A DNA stretch of 64,000 bases from assembly GCA_964057225.1 (NCBI GenBank), contig OZ059895.1, positions 17,112,001 through 17,176,000 of the forward strand, given 5' to 3'. The DNA is from Auanema rhodensis. Its lineage: Eukaryota > Animalia > Nematoda. Numbering within the stretch: position 1 is the first letter of the stretch; each line of letters opens with the position of its first letter. Position numbers and translations under genes: made by a program. The notes below the pieces were generated by a model. The model was not told where the DNA came from. It searched no databases and worked only from the letters and a program-made list of their open reading frames with translations. Below, piece after piece: positions 13,576 to 27,896 of this stretch.

Positions 13576-15831
13576 GTAGGATGATGACAGACAATATACT
13601 TTTCTGTACATGAAAATGGATCTGATTGAATGAACTGCTATAAACCAGTCATGAAATAGTGAAAACCGATGATTTACCTATCGGAAATCTCAGAATTCAT
13701 TGGAACCAAAAGATAGAGAGATAGATAGAGAGGGTTGAGGGAGAAATAGCAAAACGTGAAAATACAAGATTACCTTATCCATTTGAGCTATAGAGAATAT
13801 CTGAACTTAGGACATTAGAGGGTGTCAAATCGGAAATGCAGTGATGAGATGCTCATATTCCGTTGTAGCTTTGAAGTTGTTCTGAAATAATTAGGAGTAT
13901 GATCTTAGTAAAATACTATGAATAGTTTGAAGAGGCAACTGGACCAAGCTTCCTAGCCATACTCGTCTGGCTGACGGCATTTTCTAAGCAATGGTGGGCG
14001 TGGTTCCTGAGTCTGGGGTCCTTGCTCACTCTGCACGGATGCCTCATCTTCTGACGAACGGGAGGCGGAGTTTGATAGAGGGATAACATCTGCTTCTCTA
14101 AAAGAAAGTAGAAAATGGAAAGAGTGAGAGAGGGAAGGGGGAGAAGATTAAGGAAGGGAATTAAATTGAAGGTAGAGGGTAGAGCAGATAGAGACTTAGG
14201 AAGAGAAAAAGTCTGGTAAGGTGTGATGAAAAGTAGACCCCGTGGATCGAATACCTATTCTCTATTAGATTTTCATTTAATTGCTCTTTGGAGTCATTTT
14301 AAAATTCAAAGTAAATTAGTCGATTTTCATAATACTTTAGAGAATGACCAATAGAGAGAGATATATAGAGAGAGATGGAGGAAGGGAGAGAGAGAGCATG
14401 AGAGGTAATACATGCTGAACGAAGGGACATAGCTGACTCTATAGACTACTCGACAGCTCCTTTCTCTCCTCTTTACCCTGCAAGTCAGTACTTTGAGCCG
14501 AGAGAAGCACTTGAAGAGGTGGCAAAGAGCACCGCTTTACTCTCTCAAACGGAAATGAAACCACAAAGTTTGCTCATGGTTCTTGATTTGAGAACAGACA
14601 GATTCATTGCCTGAGGGAGAATAAGAGCATCATAATAAGCTTGAGCATCTCTCACTTCAAACAGCATTTTCAAGTGGTATGTTAAGCTTTGAAATATAAT
14701 GAACGGTATATAATCTATTTTCAAAGTTATGTGCAAAATTAAAAAATCAATACAAACTTGAAATAAGTTCATAACCAGCTTAATGATTCCAACTTTTTGA
14801 GTTATAAAAAATAGGAAAAGAACAAAAACTTATTGATCTAATGATTTTTGATTTTGAAAAAGTAAATAGAGATTGAAGTACATAGAAGATAGATGAATAG
14901 ATAGATAGAATATCCAATAAGGCTTAACTATCAGTAATACGTACATTTAGCAAATTATGAGAAATTCATTCATAAAGGTTAGATAGATGTAGTATGTTTA
15001 GTTAGTATTTTCATCAAGTTTTTAAAAAGTTTGCTGTGAACACGTAATTATCTCCATGCTTCATGAGCAAAGTTATCAAGTTGGAACTATCAGTTTAAAA
15101 GCTTTAGAATCATGTTCCGCTTATAAACCAATAATTATCATAATTATATTACTGAAAGAAACCAATTTTTTTATATAATAACAAAAAAAGTATAAGTTTT
15201 GAACTGATGATAGAGAGAGAGAGAGAGGGGGGAGGGAGAGGGAAATAATGTTGTTGAAGTGCATCTAGTTTGTTTGTATGTCTTCAATATTTTTTTTATT
15301 TCAAAAGTACTTAAAATAACTTTTCATTTCTAGTTGTTCGAACAAACTGAACTTTTCAGTTCTCAGGTTACAGTCTCTAATCTTATCGCCTCTCAAGTAT
15401 CTCCTGTGTTCCTGTTCTCATTTCGAAACAAATCTTTCGTTTAAATCGTTTTTCTAATTTAAAATGATTCACCATGGAAGCTTAAAGTCTTATAACCAGA
15501 CATAGTAAAGTCTACTTCGATGGACAAGAGTCAACTGATGCTGTTTTTCGTTCTTTGACCTAAAAAAAATACATTTTTTCTTTTATTTTTGCTTATTTCC
15601 GGAAAGTTGCCTCAACTTTGTCACTTTTAAACTTTTTTTTCGTCTTTTGTTCTTTCTTTCTCACTTGCTTATAACAGTCTGCAATGCTCTTTCTAATCCG
15701 TACTGTCAACAGGCATTGTCGTCGACGACAAGGCTCTTGTCGTAGTGGATGCCATACCTCCACCAGCATTTCGACGCCTACATCACCGCAATCATCAGCA
15801 GCATCTTCAGTTATTAGAGAACAGTGCCAGG

Positions 15832-15923
15832 ATGCCATCAACACCAACAACGTCAACGCTGAAAATGAATCAGCCAGTTGCTGTAACGTCATCTTCATAC
15901 ATCAGGCCAAAATATCGACAACA
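15832..15923 (+). CDS. Candidate alternative first coding exon of the SESTD1-like gene
   Basis: Reads MPSTPTTSTLKMNQPVAVTSSSYIRPKYRQ-CA|GTAAGT. The consensus phase-2 donor at 15924 is compatible with the exon-2 acceptor (exon starts 19039), giving ...RQH-MDIHKH. Confidence 0.5.
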
Positions 15924-17740
15924 GTAAGTTAGCTATATCATATAGTTTATTCCGTATTTTTATGATGAAAGTTAACATCCTTGTTGTTTTTGTAATCAGA
16001 AAACAATACAAATCCAAATATCCAATAAATTGTCTCATAAACGGAAATCTAGAGAGATTTGATGCTATCAACTAACCCTCTCCTTCTCTCTCTCCCTCTA
16101 TATATTCCTCCCTCTCATATACTCTCTCCTCTCTTTTCAAACTGGATGTAACTATTGGAGTCAAATGAATGTGAATATATTCTAAATGGCTAATTCTTCA
16201 TGACCTTCACTGATAATTTGTACATAAGATTTGAATGAATGATTTCAATTTATTCGACGAGGAAGGGTGAGGTCTATTAAGATTTTCTAATTTTGTTCTC
16301 TCTCTCTCTCTTTCTCTCTCCCTCTCCCTTTCTCTCTCTATCATTTCTCTTTGAGCCTTTAAAGAAGACAAATCAAAAGAGAATTTTTATAGTTTCTCTT
16401 TCACTTCCTTTCTCTTCATCTCTCTCCCTACTACCTCTCTATCATGCTTGATTTCCATGTTACAAGCTTGTGAGAATGATGGATTATTGACGACTTCAAT
16501 CGTTCATAAAACTGTTGAGTTCAGCCATACGCACATCTACCAGCATGTCTATCAGTCTCTATCACTTCCTTTTCATGTTCCTTCTCTTTATTTCTCTCTC
16601 ATCCAAATTCTCTTGATTACTGTTCTAACTGTACATTCTTCCAATCTCCCATCCTTTCTTATAATTTTCATGATTGTGATGTTTTTCTCTTGAATGCCTA
16701 CACTTCTTCCTTATCCGTAAGTTGCAGAAGCGAACAAGAGAGAGAAAGAGAGAGAGAGAGAGGAACCGAGCGCGAAGAAGAATCCCAATAAGCAACCGTC
16801 GAATCTGTGAGAAAGTATGTGTTGAGAGAAACACTAAACAACAGAGAAACTCTATGAGAGATAACCAAAATTTCTGATAAAGCAATGGAGAAACAGAAGA
16901 AGAAATTGACTGAAAGAGAAAGACTGATCTGCGAGAGACTTGATGATGAGAGATGACCTTGTTTGTACATCGCAACAGGTCCACATCCATTCTCTCGACC
17001 AAATATTCTCAGCCGATGAACCTAATCATAAACATCACATCATATCTATTGATTAAAATAATCTCAAAACTTTAATTACTCTTCTTTCAATTTTTTCCTT
17101 TTTCTGCTTTTTCATTTTATTTTAAATCATTTGTAGGCTTTTTTTCCTGACACTAAAGTTCTATTAAACTGATCGTTATCCGGTTTTGTCATCGCATAAT
17201 AGCATTCTTCTTTCTGTTTCTCCAACTCTCTCTCAGTCTCTCTTTCTCTCTCTTTACCCTCCTTTTCCATTTTCCTCTACTCTCTATATTCAGATATCAA
17301 TCCCATCCTCATGCATGTCTCCTAACTTTATTCTCTTCTTCTCTCTGAATAACAACAGTTTTTGAAGAAAAAGACAAAAAAAAAATTAATTTTCGGCTTA
17401 GCAGCCTTTGTAACTGCGGTGTAATCCATGTCTATAGATCGTCATTCCATTATACTATGTTATTCCTCTTCTCTTCATTATTCAAAAACTTTTCATTTAT
17501 TGACAAATCATTCAAGTTATTCTGACCTAATGAGTCTTGCCTACTGCTAGTACTACTCCAACTACTGTCAACTAACTGTGTATAGAACGCTATTGAGGTG
17601 AAGATGACGCTGAACTTCCCCACTCTCTCTCTGTGTATGTGTGTATGTGTGTGTGTGACCTGAGCTTTTCGAGTACATCATCATCATTAACATTGTTTTT
17701 TATGATTTTGCCTCTTTTTCCTTCCCCTTCTCTCCAACCC

Positions 17741-17743
<3 letters not shown>

Positions 17744-17805
<62 letters not shown>
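17744..17805. repeat. (CT)n microsatellite
   Basis: Near-perfect CT run of ~60 bp. Confidence 0.95.
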
Positions 17806-17808
<3 letters not shown>

Positions 17809-18681
17809 TATGTTACTTTTTACTTTTTTCTACCTCACTTTTTCATTTTCTTTTCAAATGTTGAGAACATTGATTTATAATCAATATTTATTTATGGATG
17901 AAAAGCAATTTTTTCTTTTCAATCACTCATTCTCCTCTACTTTTCCATCATCTCCGCTTTTTTTTTGTAAATTTCGTGTTTCTGATTTCTATTCATAACA
18001 AAGAACTTTTTTCTCTGCTTGCTTAAGCCTTAATTGTGACAAGAAATATGAAAAGAAATAAAGAAAAAAGTCATTTTCTGTGATATATGTCACCGGAAAC
18101 GAGTGCTGATATGGCTTTTCATACAACCCAGCCCCAATACCTAATATGACTGAACCGAACGTTTTGCCAGTTTTGCCAGCATGTGATGACAAAACCGTTT
18201 GCAATACAATGCCAATGACACAACAGGCTTGTTGTCGTCAATCTGCTGGTAGAAGCATTTCCTCTTTCATACATCTGACCATGCATGGCTACCACTCCAT
18301 GCTCTTCCTCTTCCTCGTGCGCACAACACCGTGAGCGAACGGCTGAACGTCATCATCATCAACGACGTCATCAACATCCTATCATCTGTATTTATTGGCT
18401 AGTAGCCAATATCTGAACATGTGCTACTAACAGCACATCATCAATATTTTCAATCTTAACATATTAACACTTCCAGTTTCTGGTTTGCCCTTAGCTGTCG
18501 TTTCAATCGAACCAGTCGACTCAATATAGCTCGAAACTTCAATTGATATAACTGATAACGACACTCTCTATCTTTTGACATTCAATACCCTATAGCATCA
18601 TATCAACATCGTGTTTTTTTCCTTTTTTGTCTTCTTCTTCTTCTTCAACGATAATCAGAAGCCTTCAGCTAAGAAGTAGCA

Positions 18682-21600
18682 ATGAACAAGCCTGAACACA
18701 CATACAAGCGTGTCAGAGCGTAAAGAAATAGCAGAAATTTTGGTTTTTTATGTTTTTTTTTTTCAAATAAATTATATAATTAGAATAATTTTTATTAATT
18801 TACGAAGAAACATCATATACATCATCATCATTAAGCTTTCTCCGTTAAATCTTCCTGTTTTCTTTTTTATTACCATCATCATCATCATCATTTCATTTGA
18901 AACTAGAACTTTCCAAATCATTATGCGTAATTTCTAATTCTAATTAATTTAATTAAAATCATTAACATAACTATATCATATAAACTTCAAATTTTATGAT
19001 CTATATATGAATATTTTTATTTATTTTTCTATTTACAGTATGGATATACACAAACATCGGTCCAAAGTTGCGAAGAATGTAGCTTCCTTACCTGGTAATA
19101 TCCTCTTCTTCCTCTTCTTCTTCTCCTTCTTCTTTTTCATTTTTGATTTTTAATTTTGAAAAATTTCAAAATTCAGGATGCCGCGATCGCATGGGTGGAC
19201 CGGTCATCGTAATTGATCCACCAGTTGATAGCGTTCGTATTTCAACTCGAAGTAATATTCAAATTTCCCGAATTTTTCAAACAATTTCAAATATTTCCAG
19301 GTGCATCAACATCAGATGTTGGAGCTTCATCATTTCCATATGAAGATTTAGTATCGTTATTAGGATATTTTTCGGAAATAGCCGATAAAGAAGCAGCAAA
19401 GAAAGGCTTTGTAATCCTTGTTGATGCTCGCCGAGCTCCCCCTAAAACATTAAAAGTTATTCTTCGAGCTTGTCAGGTAAATAAAACTTGATGAAACATG
19501 ATGAAATATATGTTTAGCAAGCTCTTTATAAGAAAATAAGATTAGCATTAATAGTACAACCGGACAAATTCTTAAATCAGCAAAAGATTAATGTTGATTT
19601 GATACTCGAAGGTTACGACTTTAGGGTTAGTTGTTGTTGGTGGTGTTGGTGTTGTTGTTGTTGTTTACCTTGTTTTCCTTTTCAGACAGTACTTTTATCG
19701 GTTCATAAGCTTTCAAAGTATATTGATGTTTCTCAATTAACAGAACAACTTGGAGGAACTTTTGTTTATGAACCAGAGCAGTGGTCGAATGAACGCGAGG
19801 TTTTCAATTTTTCATATTATTATCAATTTTTTTTGGAATTTTTAGAGAATTGAGGCCGTTCTCTTAAGATTATTCAATAGAAAACAAGATTTTATAACTC
19901 CAAACTATGATTGTCTCCCGTTATCAAATAATGAAGAAGCTTTCAAAGATGCTGAAGCCTTATCTACTGAACTTACCCAGAATAGCCATAACCATGATCA
20001 TCGAGCTGCATCTGAGATTATTAAACAAGCTGTTGAAAGCGTCAAGGTTTTTCTTTTCCGTTTTCTAATGTTTTTACAAATTTTTGAACATTTTTAGTTG
20101 GCTGCTACAAGACCTGAGCGTGAAGCTATTGAGCAAAAAAAGGTAGAAGAAGCTCAAGAAAAAACAAGAATGCTGGAAGAACATGCTGAAGGAGTGAACA
20201 GGTTTAATTTAATTTTTTAAAAACTCTCTGGAATATGGAAGTTTAGATTGCTTGATTGGATTGAAGGAGCTGGTGAACGATGGTTGCTAACTTTGCATGA
20301 AATAGGAGAAAGCAAGGATGAAGCTCGCCAGCTAATGAAAGAACATCAGCAGTTAGCTGCTAAAAGCAAGGTAATATCAACATCATAAAACATAAAATCT
20401 GTGAAAAACGTCTGGAAACAATTGCTCTTTTAATGTAAATGTCCCTGAGGGCATTTTTCAAAATGTGCTGTAATATGCTAGATGTGAGGCAAATAGTAGA
20501 ACAGAGAGAGACAGAGGTGGGGAGGGGTATATGAAGGAGAAGATTGCAAAGCAGGAGAGAAGCCATAGAGGTTTAAAGAGAAATGATTCGAAAGATGGAA
20601 ATCACCTCTATATCACCCATGTTGTGTAGCCTGTTTTCTTACGTTAGCTTAACTAACTTTTCACCTTCATTTCCTCATTATCTATCTCAAATAGTATAAA
20701 GATTCCGAGGAGTTGTAGTTGTTCAATCGTTCTCTCTATCTTCTTTCTTCAAACCTCATCCATCTCTTTTCTGTAATTTCATCGTCTCCAAACGATGTTT
20801 CATTTTAAATTTCAAAGAGAATTTTCATTGTCTTTTACTTGATTTTCTTATAGTCTTTTTTTCTTTTTTGAAAAATTTCTAGAATGTTTGTCAAAAAAAC
20901 ATTCTTTTATGATGGTGGTCGTCTAAAATTACATTTTTTTATCAGAAATTCATCCATAAAACAGTTCAAACTCATTTTTGTTATTAGCAATCCTTCTTGT
21001 GGGGATCTGTCTACTATTCAATTTAATTATTTTTGGAAAAAAATATATATATATTAATATATTCTAGGAATTAATAAATACAAGTGAAGAATTGGCTGAA
21101 TTGGCTAGCCGACTGATGGCTGCTGTTCCAACACATGCCATCACCTTAGAAAAGGTTTGTCTTCCTCATTTCAAACAAATCATTATTATTATTATTATTA
21201 TTATAAATTAATACTTTGCAAATTATAAACTTAACTATGTGTTATGCAGGCTCGTGATCAAGTTCGAGTCATAGCTGAGCAGTTTGCTAATCGTGTAGAT
21301 CGTCAGATGGATATGGCCAGATGCAGCGAAGAATTCCATACACTGACAGCTGATGTAAGGTTTTATCATCGTGAACGACGATACTAAATTTCTTGGCTTA
21401 TCTTCATTCATATACTTCGTCTACAATTTCTTTTTTTCTTCATTTCTTTACGTATGGATTCAATTTCATATGTATATATATACATATACTATATGTTGTA
21501 TATGTTTTTGTGTAATAATCAGCAAATACATTCTTAACATGAGAAATAATTTATAATAAGAGATGATAATTCAATTTAGTTTTAAACAACTTAATATAGT

Positions 21601-23682
21601 AAAATATAATAATTCATAATAAATATATATATAAACTTATATATTTAGTTGACACGAAAGACGGATCTTCTTCTTGAATATCTATGTACTGATCCACGTG
21701 TTACTGACTTAGCTGCAGCTGAAGCTGAGAGAACAGCTATGGAAGAGAAAGTTGCTGTTATGGGTTAGTTCAAATAATATTTTTATTCTTATAATTATAT
21801 TTGTTTATATAATTATTCAATCAAATATTTCACGTACGTCACGTGCATTACACGTGTATAACACGTGAAGCTCATTTAGATATTTCATTTTAGTTATTAA
21901 TGCTTATAGTGTACGGTTGACTTTTTAAAATTTCTCTTCCGTCCTCTTTTTCTCATTATCTTCGTTTGTTGTCTTTTTCTAAAAGTTCTTTCTTTCATCA
22001 TTTATCTTTCACAATGTATGTACATAGACACACTTCTCTTTATTTCTTTTTCATCATCATCATCATCATTTTCTTTCAGATAAAATCTATGAAACAGTAT
22101 GTAATACCGGAGGCTCATTTATTGAAGATCTAGCGTCTTCTGAATTTAGAACAGCGGGACGAAAGGTCAGCAATTTCATTAACTATATGTTATATCTGCA
22201 TGATTAAACCTTATTGTCGGACTATTTTGTTGACAAACGTTCGTCATTACACTCTTTATCTGCATTATATTATCTTAATTTTTGAGAATATCATTTTTAT
22301 ATTGTATGAGGGCTGTACTCAATTAGATGAGAAACTAGAATACAGCATGAGTTACAGGTTGTAAGAGATTATTCTGCTGGAATAGCTCATATCAAAGATC
22401 AATTAGCATCAGCTAGAGAACGTAGACGACGATGCCTCGATTTGGTAGATGTTCGTAGGCTGAAGCTTCAACAATTCGTTCAATTATATACATGTGAGAA
22501 TGATGCAAATCAAGTAAGTTGAAGATGAAATGACATATTTCTTGAATTTTCGTTAGGAAAAACGTTGTTTTTGTTACTTTCAGGCAATTAAATGGCTTGA
22601 AGAACTACATGATACATTATTAAAAGATTATAATCAAGTTGGTTGTGATGAGAATGATCTGCAATGTTTACGTGAAGATCGTCTGAAGTTAGAAGAAACG
22701 GCTAGGGTATAATCAATATAATTTATTAATTTATTTGGTTATGTTCAGAGTACATATGAGTATGGAAAACAACTTTGCCAAGTGGGCATGGTGCTTCGTC
22801 GTTCGTTACGTTTAGATGCACAACCTCAGGTTTCTCATATTCATTCCTGCATGACTGACGCCTTTTTGTCTTTCCAGACAAGCATTACAGAAAAACTTGA
22901 ACAAACTTGGGGAAGATTATGTAGAGCATTGTCAGAGAATGAAGCTAAGCTTAACGTAACCGATGCTTTCAATTCAACTATAGTAGAGGTTTGATCTTGT
23001 AATATGACAATTTAATTATAATTTACTTCTTTAGATTAGAAGACGTATTGAAGAAATTGAAAAAAAAGCTCGTGAAAAGCTTTTACCTGGACGAAGTATT
23101 GAGACAGTGCTTGCAACAGAAAGAAGGCGTCTAAGTGAAGATATTAGAGAACTTACTCATATTAAGGATATGCTATCAACTCAAATCAATGCTAACCATA
23201 AGTATAATATATATATCTCATGATCCTTTCATTCATTTGCTTCCTTTGTAGTTCTACCGTAGAAGCTCGACAACATGCGATTGCTGGAATTCGACGAAAG
23301 GTACGATTCACTTTTCCACCAATATCACCCTCATATACTTCAGGTGGAAAATATTGAAGACAAATATCGACGAATGGAAAGCTTTTTTCTTGAATCTCCA
23401 GTAGATAGTAAGGACGAACCATACATTATGCCTCAGCCGCTAAGTATGGACAAAGATCGTAGTCATCTCGATACGTTATTGCTTGATGTCCAACGACAAC
23501 AGCAACAGCTTCAAGAAACTGCTGACGATGACCATATGGCTATTAGACAGCGTCCAACGAATTTCGCAAATTCACAAATGACTGCTGAACCATATACAGA
23601 ACGTAATCATCATATTCAGATGCGCAATGCTGCTTATGGGATGGGAAGCATTCGGCTAAGTGAAACTGAAAGCTATCTCTAA
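18682..23682 (+). CDS. Sec14/CRAL-TRIO domain plus spectrin-repeat protein (SESTD1-like), ~20 exons
   Basis: The spliced N-terminus MNKPEHTYKRVRAMDIHKHRSKVAKNVASLPGCRDRMGGPVIVID...YEDLVSLLGYF...KGFVILVDARR...LSKYIDVSQLTEQLGGTFVYEPEQW matches the Trio/Kalirin/SESTD1-type Sec14 domain. Spectrin-like repeats follow (LLDWIEGAGERWL...IGESKDEARQLMKEH; YTCENDANQAIKWLEEL). No DH/PH domain occurs before the stop at 23682. Confidence 0.88.
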
Positions 23683-24153
23683 GCTCAGGGATTTTCCAAA
23701 TTATATTTGAAATTTATCGTTTCTTCAACCAAAATCATAATTATTTGTAACATCAGCTCATCTGTTAGTGACCTATATAAGGGATACTATACTATGTGTA
23801 GAACTTATTTTCGAAATTTCCGTTAGTGATAGCTCGGTGTGCCTTTGGGCAATATCTGAAAAACAATTCCTTGTAAATATCCGAATGTGCTCACTTTATA
23901 TGACTCTCATGACACTAATATAGATTGTCAGGATAGAAACTTATTAACCTGATTGATTAATAAAGTTGCAAATCTAACATTTCTCTCCACATTTGAATAA
24001 TAAAAGCCTATTCTTTTCATTTTACTCTTTCAATTTAGCAAGAGCGGTTGTTTCCTTGCAGGCTTATCTCGAACAATAACAACAATATATGTATATATCT
24101 TCGAGAAACATTCATTAAAAAAAGGGTAAAACTATTTTGATTATGAAAGAACA

Positions 24154-25798
24154 TTATATTGCACAAGATATATATATAAAGGTAAAACAGATACTCTCAT
24201 CTAAAACTTGATAAAAGAATATAAAACTAGAGTTATCGAAACACAATATTAATTCTTCCGAGCTCTTGATAGCGAACGGGGTCTTCTGAATATTTTCTGA
24301 AACAAACGTTTGTATCTTCATTTTGAAGCCTTTTGTTACTTTAGCAGCTTTAGTGATAACGTTTCCCTTTTTCTTTTTCTCTCCATCATCTTTGACGCTA
24401 ACTGCATCATCTTGTTGGACGGCGCATTCCCACTTGTCCAATTGATGATTTTCGTTTTCAGAAGACTGATTTTCTTTATCTGAGCTCTAAAAGAACATAT
24501 ACATTATCTTTATAGAAGCCATGCACTTCACTCACAATTTCTGGATCCACACGAACGGGCCCATCAGACACCTAAAGACAAATAAATAAAAATTCATAAT
24601 ATCAAGACTTACATTAAACTTTTGCCCAATTTCGTTGTTGAATATTGAGTCCTCGGTAAGATCTAATTCTTTAAGTTGACTCTTCAAGTTTCATTGAAAG
24701 TTTAAAAAAATAATTTAAAACTTACTTCGTCATTTTTCTCATCCATTTTTTCAAATAACGATACGCTGATAGAGTCAACTTGCTGAAATAAGAATGTCAT
24801 ATACTATACAGACCAAATTAAAAACCTACAATTGGATCATCGTGAGAATCAATAGGAATATCATTGGTTGAAATGTCATTTTCCAGAGTTTCAAAATTTT
24901 CAGCAAGAAATGGCTGATTTTGTATTGTGTCATCAATGTCTTGGTAGCTATTATTATCAGCTGTCAAGTTAGAAAAACAAATATCTGCCGCTTGGGCGAC
25001 CTGTTTTCTCTAAACATTTTGGAATCATTAACCATCTTAAACTCATACAAACCTCAGATGGATGATTAGCCTTGTTAACAATCTTATTCTCATCTAGATC
25101 AATCTGAACTTAAAAGTGCTGAATTATAATAACAAGGTAAGCATACAGTGAAAGCAAGAGACTGTCTCATCGGCTTAGTTGGAGGAACTTCCTCCAATAC
25201 TTCTTTAGGTGGAGTAAAATCTTGATCTTTGGTTATTACATTAAGATCGTGGCCAAATCCATCCTCAGAATTTTCAGGTTGTAGCTAAAAATGAATTCAG
25301 ATCTTTCCCTTGGAAGTATAAAACAATTACCTCTTCAATTGCTTTGGCAAAAGAACTTTTAAGTTTTTCGAATTCTTCGCATTCTTTCTCCACTTCTTCT
25401 CTTTTTCTATTTTCATGTTCACACCTAAATACCAAATAATGAAATATAATTTCAATTAAATCTCAATATCACATTTCTTCTAATTCTTTCAACAGTTTTG
25501 GGAAATCAACAAACGTAAATTCCAATCTTTCAACCTAAAATAAAGACGTATCAGCTGCTTACAGATTAACATCACAAAACTAGCTGTCTCTCGATTTTAG
25601 ATAAAGTTTTAGCTTGTAACACAGTGGAATTTAGATCTTCTGCAGATCTCTAAAACAGAACAAATGCATTAAAAAAAACCAATGTTGAAGAACATTTTTC
25701 TCCATTTTTTCCCATAATTTATTCCATTCCTCCGTGTTTTTTTCCATTTGATCCTTGAAGGAAGCATACAAAGACCGAATTCTGCGACATAGGCTCAT
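24154..25798 (-). CDS. Uncharacterised multi-exon protein with an N-terminal coiled coil and an acidic low-complexity middle
   Basis: Series of short phase-consistent exons separated by ~45-55 nt introns: MSLCRRIRSLYASFKDQMEKNTEEWNKLWEKMEKN / RSAEDLNSTVLQAKTLSKIERQL / VERLEFTFVDFPKLLKELEE / MCEHENRKREEVEKECEEFEKLK... The 3' end is approximate. Confidence 0.75.
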
Positions 25799-26368
25799 TG
25801 CTCTTTAAGTAATTATAACTTATATCATATATCATATAAATAATAAATAAAATATTAAAAACAAGCGGGACAATAAGTTGGATCTCGAGTTTTGATATAA
25901 TTAGCATTACAGCGCACTACAGAATTCATTTTTCAAAAAGTTAATAGCGCACTGTGCACCTATTTGTTATTTTAAGCTATTGATTTTTTGTTTGTTAATA
26001 TTTAATTTTAATATTTCTTCATATACATTCAAATAATATGGGAAAAGTAGTTATCACTTATAATATCAATTGATTTTATTTGTAAAAAGGTCAAAATGCA
26101 ATAATCATTAGCGTTATTCAGAATTATGAAATGTTATTTGAATATTTATATTCTAAATTATACTTAATGTTTATTATTATTTATAAATTATTTGTTTTTG
26201 ATTAAAAATGTAGCTGTTTTAAATACAGTTTTCTCTATAATGTTTTTAATTGAGTAGAGAAAACACAACAGTATAGCTGTACAGTATAACATATTGCTCA
26301 AATTTTATTATAAATCAATAAAGAACAAATTTAAATATTCAGAATATACATATTTCTGAGAATCGAAA
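25799..26368. promoter_or_regulatory. Shared (bidirectional) promoter between head-to-head genes
   Basis: 570 bp between divergent ATGs (25798 and 26369); very AT-rich; AGCGCACT occurs twice (25911, 25946). Confidence 0.55.
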
Positions 26369-27896
26369 ATGGATTGTTTTCAAAAAAATAAAAAAGTATG
26401 GTTAGCGCAACTGAAGACAATTTTACCTAAGGCGCATAAAAGTAAGTTTTGAGTTTGATATGTCATGTTTATTTCTATAAATTAATAATTTATTTAATTT
26501 CAAGTTTTCATTTAGATTGCCACAAGAAAATTGAACATCCATCCTGGTTTCATGATTCCATTCCCTGTTCAGTTGTGAAACACAGTAAACATTACGATAG
26601 AGAGGTCTCTTAAATTCTTAAAAACTTTTTTTAATATTATTATTTCAGAAAGAAGTTAATGAAAATATATTGACTTCGTACATTCGAACACTTCCTGCAA
26701 GATACTACTCTATACTTAATCTTTTTATTTATTATTTTTCAGAAAGATAGCCATAGTGTAAACTCATATGTTGATGCCAGCTTGTTGCCCAAGCTACGTA
26801 GAGCACACTCAATGTACGACATCAATGATAATAGAAATATGTATTTAAATGAAATAGAACCAAATCTGCTAGAAGTATCTGTTTTTTATTTGGAAATGTT
26901 TAGTTATTCATTGTTATTATTCCAGAACTCTCTAGCTACAACTGATTGGCCAGTTGATCCTGAACTTCTTAAACATGCTGATCAGTTTATACACAATGTT
27001 TTGAGTTTATCTTCAGACAAAAAAGCAGCTGAGAGAGTTCTGGTTAGTTTAAAACTCTTATATGTCAATGTAATTTATATTTAGACTGTTGGAAATCACT
27101 ATGTTGAAGTTGGGGTTATTTACGGCCCTGAAAGGTTTTATGTCACGTTTAACAGTTCAAATCATGAGGAATTAAATGATAGCATACATTCATTCAACCA
27201 GTAAGCCTTTGCAACATGTTTTAACATAGGAAATAATTATGTAGTGCTCGTTTCAAATCACCTGAGATTCGTCTAAACGAAGTTAATTTGGCATCAATTC
27301 GTACTTGTCTGCTAGCTTACTGTGAACATGATGAAATACTGAAACGGTTTTCTATTTCAAATTTTATTTTTCTATTTTCTAGTTTTTCTACAGAGTTTAT
27401 TGTCTGAGTACCAGCCATTATGATGAACTAGCCTTATATGACTTCGACACTGGGGAAGTAAGTCTGTCACTGTAGCTTATGCTTTAAAGTTTTTATTCAG
27501 GTTGCCATATTTGAAGACGGTACAGATTTGAGTATAAAGAAACTTCCATCTGAATTATGTACAAGTCTTCCAGTATACACTCCTGCCCGCTTAATAAATC
27601 AAGTAAATAGAACATAATTTCCATTTCTAACCTTATGTTTAAGGTAACACAAGATGATTTTGCACGATATATTAATCATATTAGAAAAACTGGCTTGATA
27701 TATATTGTGGGCTTTAATGGAGCTGAAATCTTGGTTAGTATCTAATTCATAGTCTCTTTTACAACCTGAATTACAGGCAGCAGCAACTACAGATGTTGCC
27801 GTTCCAAATCCTATGCAACGATTCTGTAATTATCTATACTGTGAAGGAGATTGTTATTTACATTTTGAACAACATAAAAATAAAAGAGAAACCTGA
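26369..27896 (+). CDS. Protein with a degenerate extended Tudor-like domain, ~11 exons
   Basis: The spliced product contains VEVGVIYGPERFYV...TCLLAYCEHDEILKRVYCL...LALYDFDTGE...IKKLPSELCTSLP. This follows the extended-Tudor pattern (VxVxxxxxPxxFyv...C.a....w.Ra.v...v.fvDyG...l..LP..f..lP). Short introns; stop TGA at 27894-27896. Confidence 0.75.

Noticed and set aside
18682-23682. unc-73/Trio assignment
   Set aside because: The gene terminates without DH-PH domains and a convergent gene follows.
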